A stretch of DNA of 16,762 nt from an uncultured Aquificales bacterium (GCA_964453345.1 CAYVOC010000029.1:1-16762); one strand, 5' to 3'. Numbered from the stretch's first letter, positions 7,868-15,902 are shown. Notes: a model not told the origin generated them from the sequence alone. A program made the numbers and translations.

Positions 7868-8961
7868 AGGTAACAATAAGCGTTATCAAGGCGGATATTG
7901 GCGGCTGGGTGGGCCACAGTAATATGCATCCCAAAATCCTTGAGATTGCCCAGGAAAGCCTGGATGCAGCCAAGGTTGACGGCATGATCATCGATTATCA
8001 TGTCGCCTATTGTGGTGATGATCTCAACCTCATTATCACCCACACCAAGGGGGTTGACAATCCCGATGTTCACAAGCTCGGGTGGGATGTCTTTATGAGA
8101 TGCACCGAGATGGCCAGAAAGCTCAAGCTTTACGGTGCCGGGCAGGATCTGCTGAGCGATGCCTTCAGTGGTAATCTGAAGGGCATGGGGCCCGGGTATG
8201 CGGAGATGGAGATTGAGGAGAGGAAGAGTGAACCGATAATCATCTTCATGGCTGATAAGACCTCCCCTGGAGCCTGGAATCTGCCGCTGTTCAAGATGTT
8301 TGCCGATCCCTTTAACACGGCGGGTCTCGTCATCGATCCGAGCATGCACGAGGGATTCAGGTTTGAGGTGCTGGATGTGATAGAGAACAAGAGTGTGCTG
8401 CTGTCCTGCCCTGAGGAGATGTATGATCTTCTGGTGCTCATAGGGGCCTCCGGAAGATACATGATAAGGGCCGTATACAGGAAGTCCGATGGGGAGATCG
8501 CCGCCAAGGCCTCTGTTCAGAGGCTCAACATGATGGCAGGAAGGTATGTGGGCAAGGACGATCCGGTTCTGATTGTCCGCGCCCAGTCCGGATTCCCGGC
8601 TGTGGGTGAGGTGCTGGAGGCCTTCGCCTTCCCCCATCTCGTTGAGGGATGGATGAGGGGGTCTCACCATGGGCCGCTTATGCCTGTCTCCTTTGAGGAT
8701 GCTGTGCCCACAAGGTTTGACGGCCCGCCGAGGGTGATCGCCGCCGGCTTCCAGCTTGCGGATGGCAAACTCGTTGGGCCTGTGGATATGTTCAAGGATA
8801 AGAGCTTCGACTACACCAGACAGAAGGCCCTTGAAATCACCGATTACATTAGAAGACACGGTCCCTTTGAACCCCACAGGTTGCATCTCGAGGAGATGGA
8901 GTATACAACTCTTCCGGCCGTTATGGAGAAGCTTAAGGAGCGCTTTAAGTCTGAGGACTGA
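7864..8961 (+). CDS. fbp: bifunctional fructose-1,6-bisphosphate aldolase/phosphatase (FBPase class V)
   Basis: Motifs SVIKADIGG..GH, GDD, LYGAGQDLL, ADKT.PGAWN, Schiff-base loop YVGKDDP, GWMRGSH.GPLMPV, RFDGPPRV and MEYTT; strong SD GGAGGTG. Confidence 0.97.
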   Translation: MKVTISVIKADIGGWVGHSNMHPKILEIAQESLDAAKVDGMIIDYHVAYCGDDLNLIITHTKGVDNPDVHKLGWDVFMRCTEMARKLKLYGAGQDLLSDAFSGNLKGMGPGYAEMEIEERKSEPIIIFMADKTSPGAWNLPLFKMFADPFNTAGLVIDPSMHEGFRFEVLDVIENKSVLLSCPEEMYDLLVLIGASGRYMIRAVYRKSDGEIAAKASVQRLNMMAGRYVGKDDPVLIVRAQSGFPAVGEVLEAFAFPHLVEGWMRGSHHGPLMPVSFEDAVPTRFDGPPRVIAAGFQLADGKLVGPVDMFKDKSFDYTRQKALEITDYIRRHGPFEPHRLHLEEMEYTTLPAVMEKLKERFKSED

Positions 8962-8968
8962 TTTGTGC

Positions 8969-8998
8969 GGGGCAGCTTTTGAGGCTGCCCCCTATTTC
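8969..8998 (+). terminator. putative intrinsic terminator or stabilising hairpin after fbp
   Basis: GGGGCAGC-TTTTGAG-GCTGCCCC 8-bp stem, 7 nt after the stop codon, followed by a weak T tract (CTATTTCTCT). Confidence 0.65.
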
Positions 8999-9015
8999 TC
9001 TATAGGGTTTTGCGG

Positions 9016-11220
9016 ATGAGGCTCAGAAGGGCATACGGGGTGTTGCTGTTTTTTTTCTCGCTGTTTCTGGCTGCCTCTTTTCTTTCTCCCGTTGTTGGTA
9101 TCCCTAAGTCCGTTATAGGCGGGATAGGCCTTGATCTCGGAGCCTTCTTCTTTAAGAAGGCGGGGATATTCTGCTTTGTGGTTCCTTTGGTGGGTGTCCT
9201 TTTGTCCTTGGGGCTTATCTTCGGATCCTTCTTCAGAAGCTTTATCCTTTCGCTTTATCTGGTTCTCTTCTTCTTTATGCTTGAGCTTGTCATAGCCCTC
9301 TGGTTCCCGGCGGGTCCCTGGGGTGGGCTTCTTGCTCCTAAACTTTCCCGGTTCCTGCAGAACAGCATAGGGCTTCTCGGGTCCAATCTTCTGTTGCTGG
9401 GTGTCATGGCAGCCCTTTTTATGGCCTTTGGTTTCGATGAGAGGCTTATGCGGATCCTGAGGCGAAAAAGGTCGGTGGAGAAGGTAGGCGAGGTTAAGAA
9501 GGATCTTCCCGTCCACAGACCTGAGCCCTCTTCTTCCCTTCAGGTTCAGGAACCCGTTGTGGTTGGTTCGGGAAGGCCTGAGAAATCAAAAGAAAAGGAT
9601 GAGAAGGCGTCTGAAGGCGGGGCCGACAGGGGTGAGGAGAAGAAGGGCAGTGGGGATCCTGAGGGGCTGAAGATCGTTGAGGGGGGAGGAGAGCTTGCGG
9701 AGGTTCTGACTCCTAAAAGCGATGTGGAGGAGTCGGCAAACGAGGATGAGGTTGTGGAGGATGCGGTAAAGCGCCCGTCGAAGGGCTACAGGCTTCCCAC
9801 CTGTGAGCTTCTGGAGTTTGTGAAAAAGGAGAAGAAGAAGGTCAACCCCAAGGAGCTTGAGGCCAAGGCCGCCCTTCTGGAGGAGAAGCTCAAGGACTTC
9901 GGGGTTTCCGGAAAGGTGGTGAGCGTTCACTATGGGCCCGTTGTCTCCATGTTCGAGTATAAGCCCGCTCCCGGCATAAAGGTGAGCAAGATCCTGAACC
10001 TTCAGGATGACATCGCCGTGGTTATGAAGGCTGGAAGCGTCAGGGTCGTTGCCCCGATCCCCGGTAAGGACACCATTGGTATTGAGCTTCCAAACGATGA
10101 GAGGGAAACGGTCTACTTTTCCGAGATTGTCTGCTCCGATGTCTTTAAGGAGATGAAGACACCCCTTCCCCTTGTTCTGGGGAAGGATATATTCGGAAAG
10201 CCTTTTGTTAGCGATCTCAGGAAGATGCCCCATCTGCTTGTGGCTGGCGCCACGGGTTCAGGAAAGAGCGTTAGTCTTAATGCCATGATATGCAGCATAC
10301 TCTTCAAGTCCACCCCCGACATGGTGAAGTTTATCCTTGTTGATCCCAAGATGCTTGAGTTTTCGGTGTATAACGGCATCCCTCATCTCATAACCCCTGT
10401 CATTACCGATCCCAAGAAGGCCGCCACCGCACTCTCCTGGGCCGTGGGGGAGATGGAGAGAAGATACAGGATGCTGTCCGAAGCGGGGGTGAGAAACATA
10501 GAGAGATACAATGCAAAAGCGGAAAATAAGGTCCCCTACATAGTTGTTGTTATCGATGAGCTTGCGGATCTCATGATGGTTGCAGGGAAGGATGTGGAGT
10601 TGCATATAGCCCGTCTTGCCCAGAAGGCGAGGGCTGCAGGAATCCATCTCATAGTTGCAACCCAAAGACCCTCCGTTGATGTTATAACCGGTCTGATAAA
10701 GGCCAACTTCCCGTCGCGCATATCCTTCAAGGTGAGCTCAAAGGTGGATTCCCGCACCATACTGGACACAATCGGTGCTGAGAAGCTTTTAGGCAACGGC
10801 GATATGCTCTTCATGCCGCCGGGAAGATCCGATTTAATAAGGCTCCACGGGGCTTACATAAGCGACAGGGAGATAGAGGTAATAGCGGAATTCTGGAAGA
10901 AGCAGGCAGAACCTGAGTATGATGAAAGCATTTTTGAGAAGCCGACGGTTAACGGTTTAGCCTCTTCGGAGGGAAATGCATATCGGGAGGATTACGATGA
11001 ACTTTACGATGAGGCTGTGGAGTTTGTGAGCAACCTTGGATACGCTTCCGCATCCCTTCTGCAGAGGCATTTTAAGATAGGATACAACAGGGCTGCGAGA
11101 TTGATAGAGATGATGGAAAAGGAGGGCATAGTGGGGCCGGCCCAGGGCAGCAAGCCCCGGGAGGTTCTCGTGAGAAAGAGTCCCAAGATCAACCTTCCCG
11201 ATGATGTGGCCGAGGAGTGA
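9016..11220 (+). CDS. ftsK: DNA translocase FtsK
   Basis: N-terminal TM region, charged linker, MPHLLVAGATGSGKS (Walker A), VDPKMLE, VVVIDELADLMM (Walker B), ATQRPSVDVITG, and gamma domain ASASLLQRHFKIGYNRAARL. Start is ATG 9016 or TTG 9010. Confidence 0.97.
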   Translation: MRLRRAYGVLLFFFSLFLAASFLSPVVGIPKSVIGGIGLDLGAFFFKKAGIFCFVVPLVGVLLSLGLIFGSFFRSFILSLYLVLFFFMLELVIALWFPAGPWGGLLAPKLSRFLQNSIGLLGSNLLLLGVMAALFMAFGFDERLMRILRRKRSVEKVGEVKKDLPVHRPEPSSSLQVQEPVVVGSGRPEKSKEKDEKASEGGADRGEEKKGSGDPEGLKIVEGGGELAEVLTPKSDVEESANEDEVVEDAVKRPSKGYRLPTCELLEFVKKEKKKVNPKELEAKAALLEEKLKDFGVSGKVVSVHYGPVVSMFEYKPAPGIKVSKILNLQDDIAVVMKAGSVRVVAPIPGKDTIGIELPNDERETVYFSEIVCSDVFKEMKTPLPLVLGKDIFGKPFVSDLRKMPHLLVAGATGSGKSVSLNAMICSILFKSTPDMVKFILVDPKMLEFSVYNGIPHLITPVITDPKKAATALSWAVGEMERRYRMLSEAGVRNIERYNAKAENKVPYIVVVIDELADLMMVAGKDVELHIARLAQKARAAGIHLIVATQRPSVDVITGLIKANFPSRISFKVSSKVDSRTILDTIGAEKLLGNGDMLFMPPGRSDLIRLHGAYISDREIEVIAEFWKKQAEPEYDESIFEKPTVNGLASSEGNAYREDYDELYDEAVEFVSNLGYASASLLQRHFKIGYNRAARLIEMMEKEGIVGPAQGSKPREVLVRKSPKINLPDDVAEE

Positions 11221-11683
11221 TTCTCTCTATCTTTATCCTTAGGACGCTGTGCCTTCCAAAGATAACGATTATGTTGCCTCGCTTTTCTATGATGAGATCC
11301 GATGCGAGGGTTGTTGCCTTTTCCTTCCTTGCTATACTCGGAAGTATGTCAAGTAGAGTTAGGATCTCTTTTTCGACTTCCTTTGAGATGTTAAGGCTTT
11401 TTGATGCTTTGACCTCTATACCCTTTCCCTTCCTCTCAACCACGGCCATGGGAAAGCCCATGGAGGTGTAGAGATATATCTTTGAGATGGTTCCCCTTGT
11501 TTCAATTGCTTCCCAGCTTCCCGATCTTTTTTCTTCCCCTCTTATGAAGAGGAACCTTCCGCTGTAAAGGGTGTAGGGTCCCTCGGGGCGGGGTTTGAGA
11601 AGGCAGCATGAGCTTGCAAAGAGGATCAAAGGGATCAGAAGCCAAGAGCCTTTAGCCGTTCTTCTATTTGCCTTTTTTCCCAC
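11189..11683 (-). CDS. putative outer-membrane lipoprotein, LolB-like
   Basis: GTG 11683 gives a basic N-region, hydrophobic core and lipobox-like FASS-C (alternative start ATG 11722). SGRF..KRSGSW..IYLYTSMG..MAVV resembles LolB N-terminal strands. Directly follows an LbcA-like TPR gene. Confidence 0.55.
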   Translation of the reverse strand: MGKKANRRTAKGSWLLIPLILFASSCCLLKPRPEGPYTLYSGRFLFIRGEEKRSGSWEAIETRGTISKIYLYTSMGFPMAVVERKGKGIEVKASKSLNISKEVEKEILTLLDILPSIARKEKATTLASDLIIEKRGNIIVIFGRHSVLRIKIERITPRPHHREG

Positions 11684-13230
11684 GGGCTTATGTCCCGATA
11701 GTCCTTTAGCAGTTTCCTGCATAGCTTATAGAGCCTGATCGCTTCCGCTTTCCTGTTTAGGCTGTGTAGAATCTCTGCCATGTGAAAAACGATAATGGGA
11801 TTATCTTTCATCATTTTGAAGGCCTTTTGCTGGAGCTTTTCTGCTTCCTTTATCCTGCCCTTTTTGAAGTATCCCCATGCGAGGCTGTCTATGTATGACG
11901 GATTGTTGGGCCTTTTCTTCAGGGCCTCTTTGACAAGTTCAATTCCCCTATCAATGTCCCTGTCTGTAACTATCAGCATGTAGCCGAGATAGTTCAAATA
12001 GGCAGGATCCCTTCTTTTGGAGATCACTCTGTTTAAGCAGGATATGGATTCATCTATCCTGGATCCCCTTTCAAGAATAACGCATTTCTGAAACAGATAA
12101 TCTAAATTATCAGGATCCAGGGCTATGGCTATTTGGATATCTTTCAGTGCCCGCTCCACCTCCAGAAGATCGCTGTATACGGAGGATAGGGATCTGTATA
12201 TTTCCGGATCCTTTGGTTTGAGAACCAGAGCCTTTTGGAATAGCCTTATGGCGCACTGCGGATTCTCGAATTCCAAGCTGAGCTTTGCAGCATTGACAAT
12301 GTCGCTGTATGATAGATCAACAACGGAAATTCTTCGATTTTCCATGCAGGATAAAAAAATGCAAGGAAAGGTCTTGTTCTTTTTGCAAATTTCCTCGGCC
12401 TTTTTAATGTTATTGATCTTCAGGTAAAGCAGTGTGAGGAGGGTGTGTATGTTCTTGGTTGTGTGGAATTTTGAGATTCTCTCAAGGATGTGGATGGCTT
12501 TGTTGTATTGTTCGGAGTTTATGTATGCCTCTATAAGATTCCTTAGGATGCTTTCTGTGATCCTTCCCTTTTCAATCAACTTCTCAAGGCTTTCTGCCGC
12601 CCTTTTGTATTTGCCAAGATTCATGTATATTTCCGATGCTATTTCGAGGGCTTCGGTGTCTTCCGGATTGCGGGATAGATACTCTTCTATGAATTTCTCG
12701 GCTTCTTTATATTTCCCTTCCTTTTCCAGAACGAACCCTTTAAGCAGGAGAACCTTTGGCTCCTTTGGATTGGCCCTTTCCAGCTTTTTTATAAGCTTCA
12801 AAGCCTCGTCGAATCTTTCTTCAAATACCAGGATCTTTGTGGCAATGCTGTAGGGAGACGTGTAAGAGGGATTGAGATCTATGGCCCTTTCAATGGCCCT
12901 TAAGCCTTCTTCCACCTGATTGTTCAACAACAGCAGCTTGCCGTATATATACCAGATTTCCGGGCAGTCTTTTAAAACTTCTGCGGCCTTTTGGGCGGTA
13001 AGGGTTGCTTCCTCCTTGAAACCCGATTTCAGGCACATATCTATGCTGACCTTGCACAGATACTTATCCTTCTCGTCAACGCACAGCTTTGATAGAGCCT
13101 TACACTCCTTCAGAGATACCCTTTGCCTGTTCAGGTAGTTCAGGTATATGGCTGTGAACTTAAAGAGGCTGTTTGCCTGAGCACTTACGCTGATGACAAT
13201 TGAAAGTAGCGCTATTGCAAACGCCCTCAT
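11635..13230 (-). CDS. exported tetratricopeptide-repeat protein (PA4667/LbcA-like)
   Basis: Signal peptide ending AQA; many TPRs; C-terminal YLNYLGYML..DID.G..LVKEAL..P.N.SYIDSLAW.YFK.G..PII.FHMAEI pattern typical of this family. Confidence 0.88.
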   Translation of the reverse strand: MRAFAIALLSIVISVSAQANSLFKFTAIYLNYLNRQRVSLKECKALSKLCVDEKDKYLCKVSIDMCLKSGFKEEATLTAQKAAEVLKDCPEIWYIYGKLLLLNNQVEEGLRAIERAIDLNPSYTSPYSIATKILVFEERFDEALKLIKKLERANPKEPKVLLLKGFVLEKEGKYKEAEKFIEEYLSRNPEDTEALEIASEIYMNLGKYKRAAESLEKLIEKGRITESILRNLIEAYINSEQYNKAIHILERISKFHTTKNIHTLLTLLYLKINNIKKAEEICKKNKTFPCIFLSCMENRRISVVDLSYSDIVNAAKLSLEFENPQCAIRLFQKALVLKPKDPEIYRSLSSVYSDLLEVERALKDIQIAIALDPDNLDYLFQKCVILERGSRIDESISCLNRVISKRRDPAYLNYLGYMLIVTDRDIDRGIELVKEALKKRPNNPSYIDSLAWGYFKKGRIKEAEKLQQKAFKMMKDNPIIVFHMAEILHSLNRKAEAIRLYKLCRKLLKDYRDISPWEKRQIEERLKALGF

Positions 13231-13952
13231 AGCTCTCCGGCCCGCCTTAATTCGCGCTGTCTTTTGAAGCAGAACCTTATGATCTGCTCCCTCAGTTTCT
13301 CGTCTATATCCACGAACATGGCGCCGTATCCTTCCTTTTTGCGCTTCGGGTCCAGCAGGCTTTTCCTCACTATCCTTACGGGAACATCTGGCAGGGATGT
13401 GGTGTCATCAAGCAGGGCCTTTATGAGTAGATGCTCTCCTATCTCAAGCCTTTTGTCCGAGGTTATGAACACGCCGCCGCCGCTTATGTCGTGTATGTAT
13501 CCTTTGACTATTAGTTCTTTTAGGGGAAGATTTCGGTTTATTTCGTATCTAACCCCCTCGGGCCCTTCTATCCTTTCGACCCTTTTGCCCGTGTAGGCCA
13601 CAAATACAGGGACCCGGAAGTATTGGCGCAGTTCGACCACGAAGATTTTTTCGGGTTTCTTGATCCCTATCATAAAAAAGGGGGTGGTCTTTTTTCCTGT
13701 CACCTCGCTTGAAAATCCCAGCCTTTTGCCCTTTGAGGTTATGCTTACCTGTATCTTCTCCCCCTGGCTGAGGCCTACGGGCCTCCCCTTTTCGTCGGAG
13801 GGAACGGAGATGTAGATGTTGTCCCCTTCTATGTCCTGGATGTTGCTATAGTAGAAAAGGGGCTTATCCGCATTTGAGGGTCTTATCAAAATCCTCTGTC
13901 CTATTTCAATTAAGGAATCTACGGGCCCCTTTATCTCCCTTATATATTCCAT
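13227..13952 (-). CDS. c-di-GMP-binding PilZ protein, YcgR/MotI flagellar-brake-like
   Basis: RQYFR (RxxxR) and DISGGG (DxSxxG) motifs, an N-terminal YcgR-like barrel and C-terminal IIRFCF..QR. Start moved to ATG 13952 because the upstream extension is antisense to the next gene. Confidence 0.88.
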   Translation of the reverse strand: MEYIREIKGPVDSLIEIGQRILIRPSNADKPLFYYSNIQDIEGDNIYISVPSDEKGRPVGLSQGEKIQVSITSKGKRLGFSSEVTGKKTTPFFMIGIKKPEKIFVVELRQYFRVPVFVAYTGKRVERIEGPEGVRYEINRNLPLKELIVKGYIHDISGGGVFITSDKRLEIGEHLLIKALLDDTTSLPDVPVRIVRKSLLDPKRKKEGYGAMFVDIDEKLREQIIRFCFKRQRELRRAGEL

Positions 13953-13959
13953 GTCCTGG

Positions 13960-13989
13960 GTTCTAACACAGCAGCTCTCTATTTGACAA
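13960..13989 (-). promoter_or_regulatory. putative sigma70 promoter for the PilZ-TPR-lipoprotein operon
   Basis: Minus strand TTGTCA (13989-13984), 18 nt, then TGn-TAGAAC (13965-13960); the -10 lacks the conserved final T. Confidence 0.4.
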
Positions 13990-14011
13990 GCCAGGTCTTT
14001 GATTGTAGAGT
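13983..14011 (+). promoter_or_regulatory. putative sigma70 promoter for the FG-GAP protein gene
   Basis: TTGACA (13983-13988), 17 nt, TAGAGT (14006-14011). Confidence 0.7.
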
Positions 14012-14019
14012 TCGCCGGT

Positions 14020-15804
14020 ATGAGGATGGCTTTCTGGTTTCTGGTGTTTTTGTTGCTGTTCGGTGACTCCTGGGCCTTGGTCCCCAAGGGCGGTGGGAAG
14101 CTCGCTTTGGATCTCACCTCCGCTTCAGAATCCTTGGCGAAGAGGCTTCTAAGCTTTTTTGATGTCCCCCCGGGGAAGGTAGCCTTTGTTAAGGGGAAAA
14201 GGGTGTGGGTCTCCTTTGGAAAGGGGAAGCCCTTTGTCAAGCCGGGAACGGTGCTTGTTGTTTACAGGCCGGCTAAGCCTGTGGTTGATCCTGATACGGG
14301 GCAGGTTTTCCCCGGCATAGATGAAGAGGTCGCGCTGTTCAGGGTTAAGGGCGAGGCTAAGGGGTTTGTGTTTGGTGAGGTCTTTGCCGAGAAGATAAGG
14401 GTGAAGAAAGGATACAGGGTTCGCTTTCCGGATGTCATCCCCGTCAAAGTGGAGTGTGAGGACAAAAAGGTATGCCAGGTTGCCGAGCTCGCCATAGCCC
14501 AGGAGCCGAGATTCGAGGTGGTTGAGAGTTGTTCGGGCCGGGATTTTTGCTACAGGGTTAGGGCCTATGTGGTTGCCGGTGAGAAACCGACCCTTGTCTT
14601 TTCTCTCTCCTTTGACGGCGGCCCGGTGATAGTAGCCTACAGCCATGAGGTGAGAAAGGTCAGGTCCGTCTCCACTGCCATGCTTCTGCAGGGGGCGACG
14701 GAGGGACCTGTTAAAAGGTTCGGTAATCTTATCGCTGCCAGGGTGTTTAAGGCAGATTACAGGGTTATGGCCTCGGGAGATCTTGATGGTGATAAAGTCA
14801 GCGAGTTTATCCTGGCCGGTAAAGGAAGGGTGGATGTCTACAAGTTGAAGGGCAAGCAGTTCGTCAGGTTTGCCTCCTACAGCCTCGGCAGGAGGGGAAG
14901 TTTCTACAGGTTCTTGAGGGTATACGGCTGGGATGCGGATGGAGACGGGCGGGATGAGGTGTATGTGAGCGCCGTTTTTCAGGATATAGTGAACGGAAAT
15001 TACAAGGCCTATGCGGATTCCTTTGTTCTTGTCCTTGACGGCAACAGGCTTAAAAGGGTAAAGAGGTTCGACTTCCTGTTGAGGGTTGCTGATTTGGATG
15101 GCAAAAGAGTCCTTCTGGGACAGAGGGTTGGGGAGTATACGCCCTTTGAGGGCCCTATGTTCAGGGTTCTTTGCAGGGATGGCGTTTACAGGCTTGACAC
15201 GAAGCTTCCGAAGTATATTAGGAAAATTGAATCCATATACGGATGGGCGCTCGGGGATGTGAACGGTGATGGAAAGGATGAGCTGGTTGATCTGGATGGA
15301 GATGTTCTCGAGGTGAGGAGCTTGAACGGGACCCTTTTGTGGGAATCGCCTGAGGGGTTTGGGCCTTTTACCCATCTGTTCTTCTACCAGACTCCGAGGT
15401 TTGTTAAGATACCAGCCATGAAGAACTACGAGCCTGAAGAGGTGGCTGTTAGGCGTGTTGTTCCGAGAAGGATAGAGATTATGTATTTCCCCAAGGAGAA
15501 CAGGTATGCCGTGCTCACGGTGGCCAACGATGAGAAGAAGTTTGTGATAGCGGGTATAAAGATTCTTACGGAGCATGAGGGGATAAACGGCAGGGTTGTT
15601 AAGGTTGAGAAGGTGGCTGAGGGAACAGTTTACTCCTCTTACTTCGATGTGGTTTGGGAGACGCCCAAATACGCCGGTGTTTATGGTGAAGATTTCGCCG
15701 TTGGTGATTATAATGGAGACGGCGTTTTAGATATTGCCTTTCTTGGATACTTGAAGAAAAGCGGTAAAACCAGGGTTGATGTCTATAGATTACCCGGAAT
15801 GTGA
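14020..15804 (+). CDS. secreted FG-GAP/VCBS-repeat beta-propeller protein with an N-terminal FlgT_C-like domain
   Basis: Signal peptide MRMAFWFLVFLLLFGDSWA; repeats GDLDGDKVSE, WDADGDGRDE, GDVNGDGKDE and GDYNGDGVLD; N-terminal GKV..V.G..VWVS.G..VKPG..L.VYR..DPDTGQ segment. Confidence 0.82.
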   Translation: MRMAFWFLVFLLLFGDSWALVPKGGGKLALDLTSASESLAKRLLSFFDVPPGKVAFVKGKRVWVSFGKGKPFVKPGTVLVVYRPAKPVVDPDTGQVFPGIDEEVALFRVKGEAKGFVFGEVFAEKIRVKKGYRVRFPDVIPVKVECEDKKVCQVAELAIAQEPRFEVVESCSGRDFCYRVRAYVVAGEKPTLVFSLSFDGGPVIVAYSHEVRKVRSVSTAMLLQGATEGPVKRFGNLIAARVFKADYRVMASGDLDGDKVSEFILAGKGRVDVYKLKGKQFVRFASYSLGRRGSFYRFLRVYGWDADGDGRDEVYVSAVFQDIVNGNYKAYADSFVLVLDGNRLKRVKRFDFLLRVADLDGKRVLLGQRVGEYTPFEGPMFRVLCRDGVYRLDTKLPKYIRKIESIYGWALGDVNGDGKDELVDLDGDVLEVRSLNGTLLWESPEGFGPFTHLFFYQTPRFVKIPAMKNYEPEEVAVRRVVPRRIEIMYFPKENRYAVLTVANDEKKFVIAGIKILTEHEGINGRVVKVEKVAEGTVYSSYFDVVWETPKYAGVYGEDFAVGDYNGDGVLDIAFLGYLKKSGKTRVDVYRLPGM

Positions 15805-15815
15805 GGGAAAATTGC

Positions 15816-15844
15816 TTGACTTTGGAAAAATTGTTTGTTATCCT
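15816..15844 (+). promoter_or_regulatory. putative sigma70 promoter P1 of the porin gene
   Basis: TTGACT (15816-15821), 17 nt, then extended -10 TGn-TATCCT (15839-15844). Confidence 0.65.
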
Positions 15845-15902
15845 GGGCGATGCAAAATATGCGAAGAAGGGAGGTGATGTGGACAGCAGGTGGGGGTATG
15901 AG

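Noticed and set aside
7819-8886. 355-aa antisense ORF
   Set aside because: Shadow of fbp, explained by codon bias.
9480-9790. E/K/G-rich low-complexity stretch in ftsK
   Set aside because: Normal FtsK linker; no DNA repeat or intein motifs.
11189-13952. Lower-GC minus-strand block as a possible horizontally acquired island
   Set aside because: No mobility genes or boundary repeats. The K/I/E-rich proteins and strand codon bias are a sufficient explanation.
13953-14240. 96-aa N-terminal extension of the PilZ ORF
   Set aside because: It overlaps the divergent gene and the promoter; the recognisable domain begins after ATG 13952.
14149-15576. 475-aa antisense ORF
   Set aside because: Shadow of the FG-GAP gene, with no motifs.
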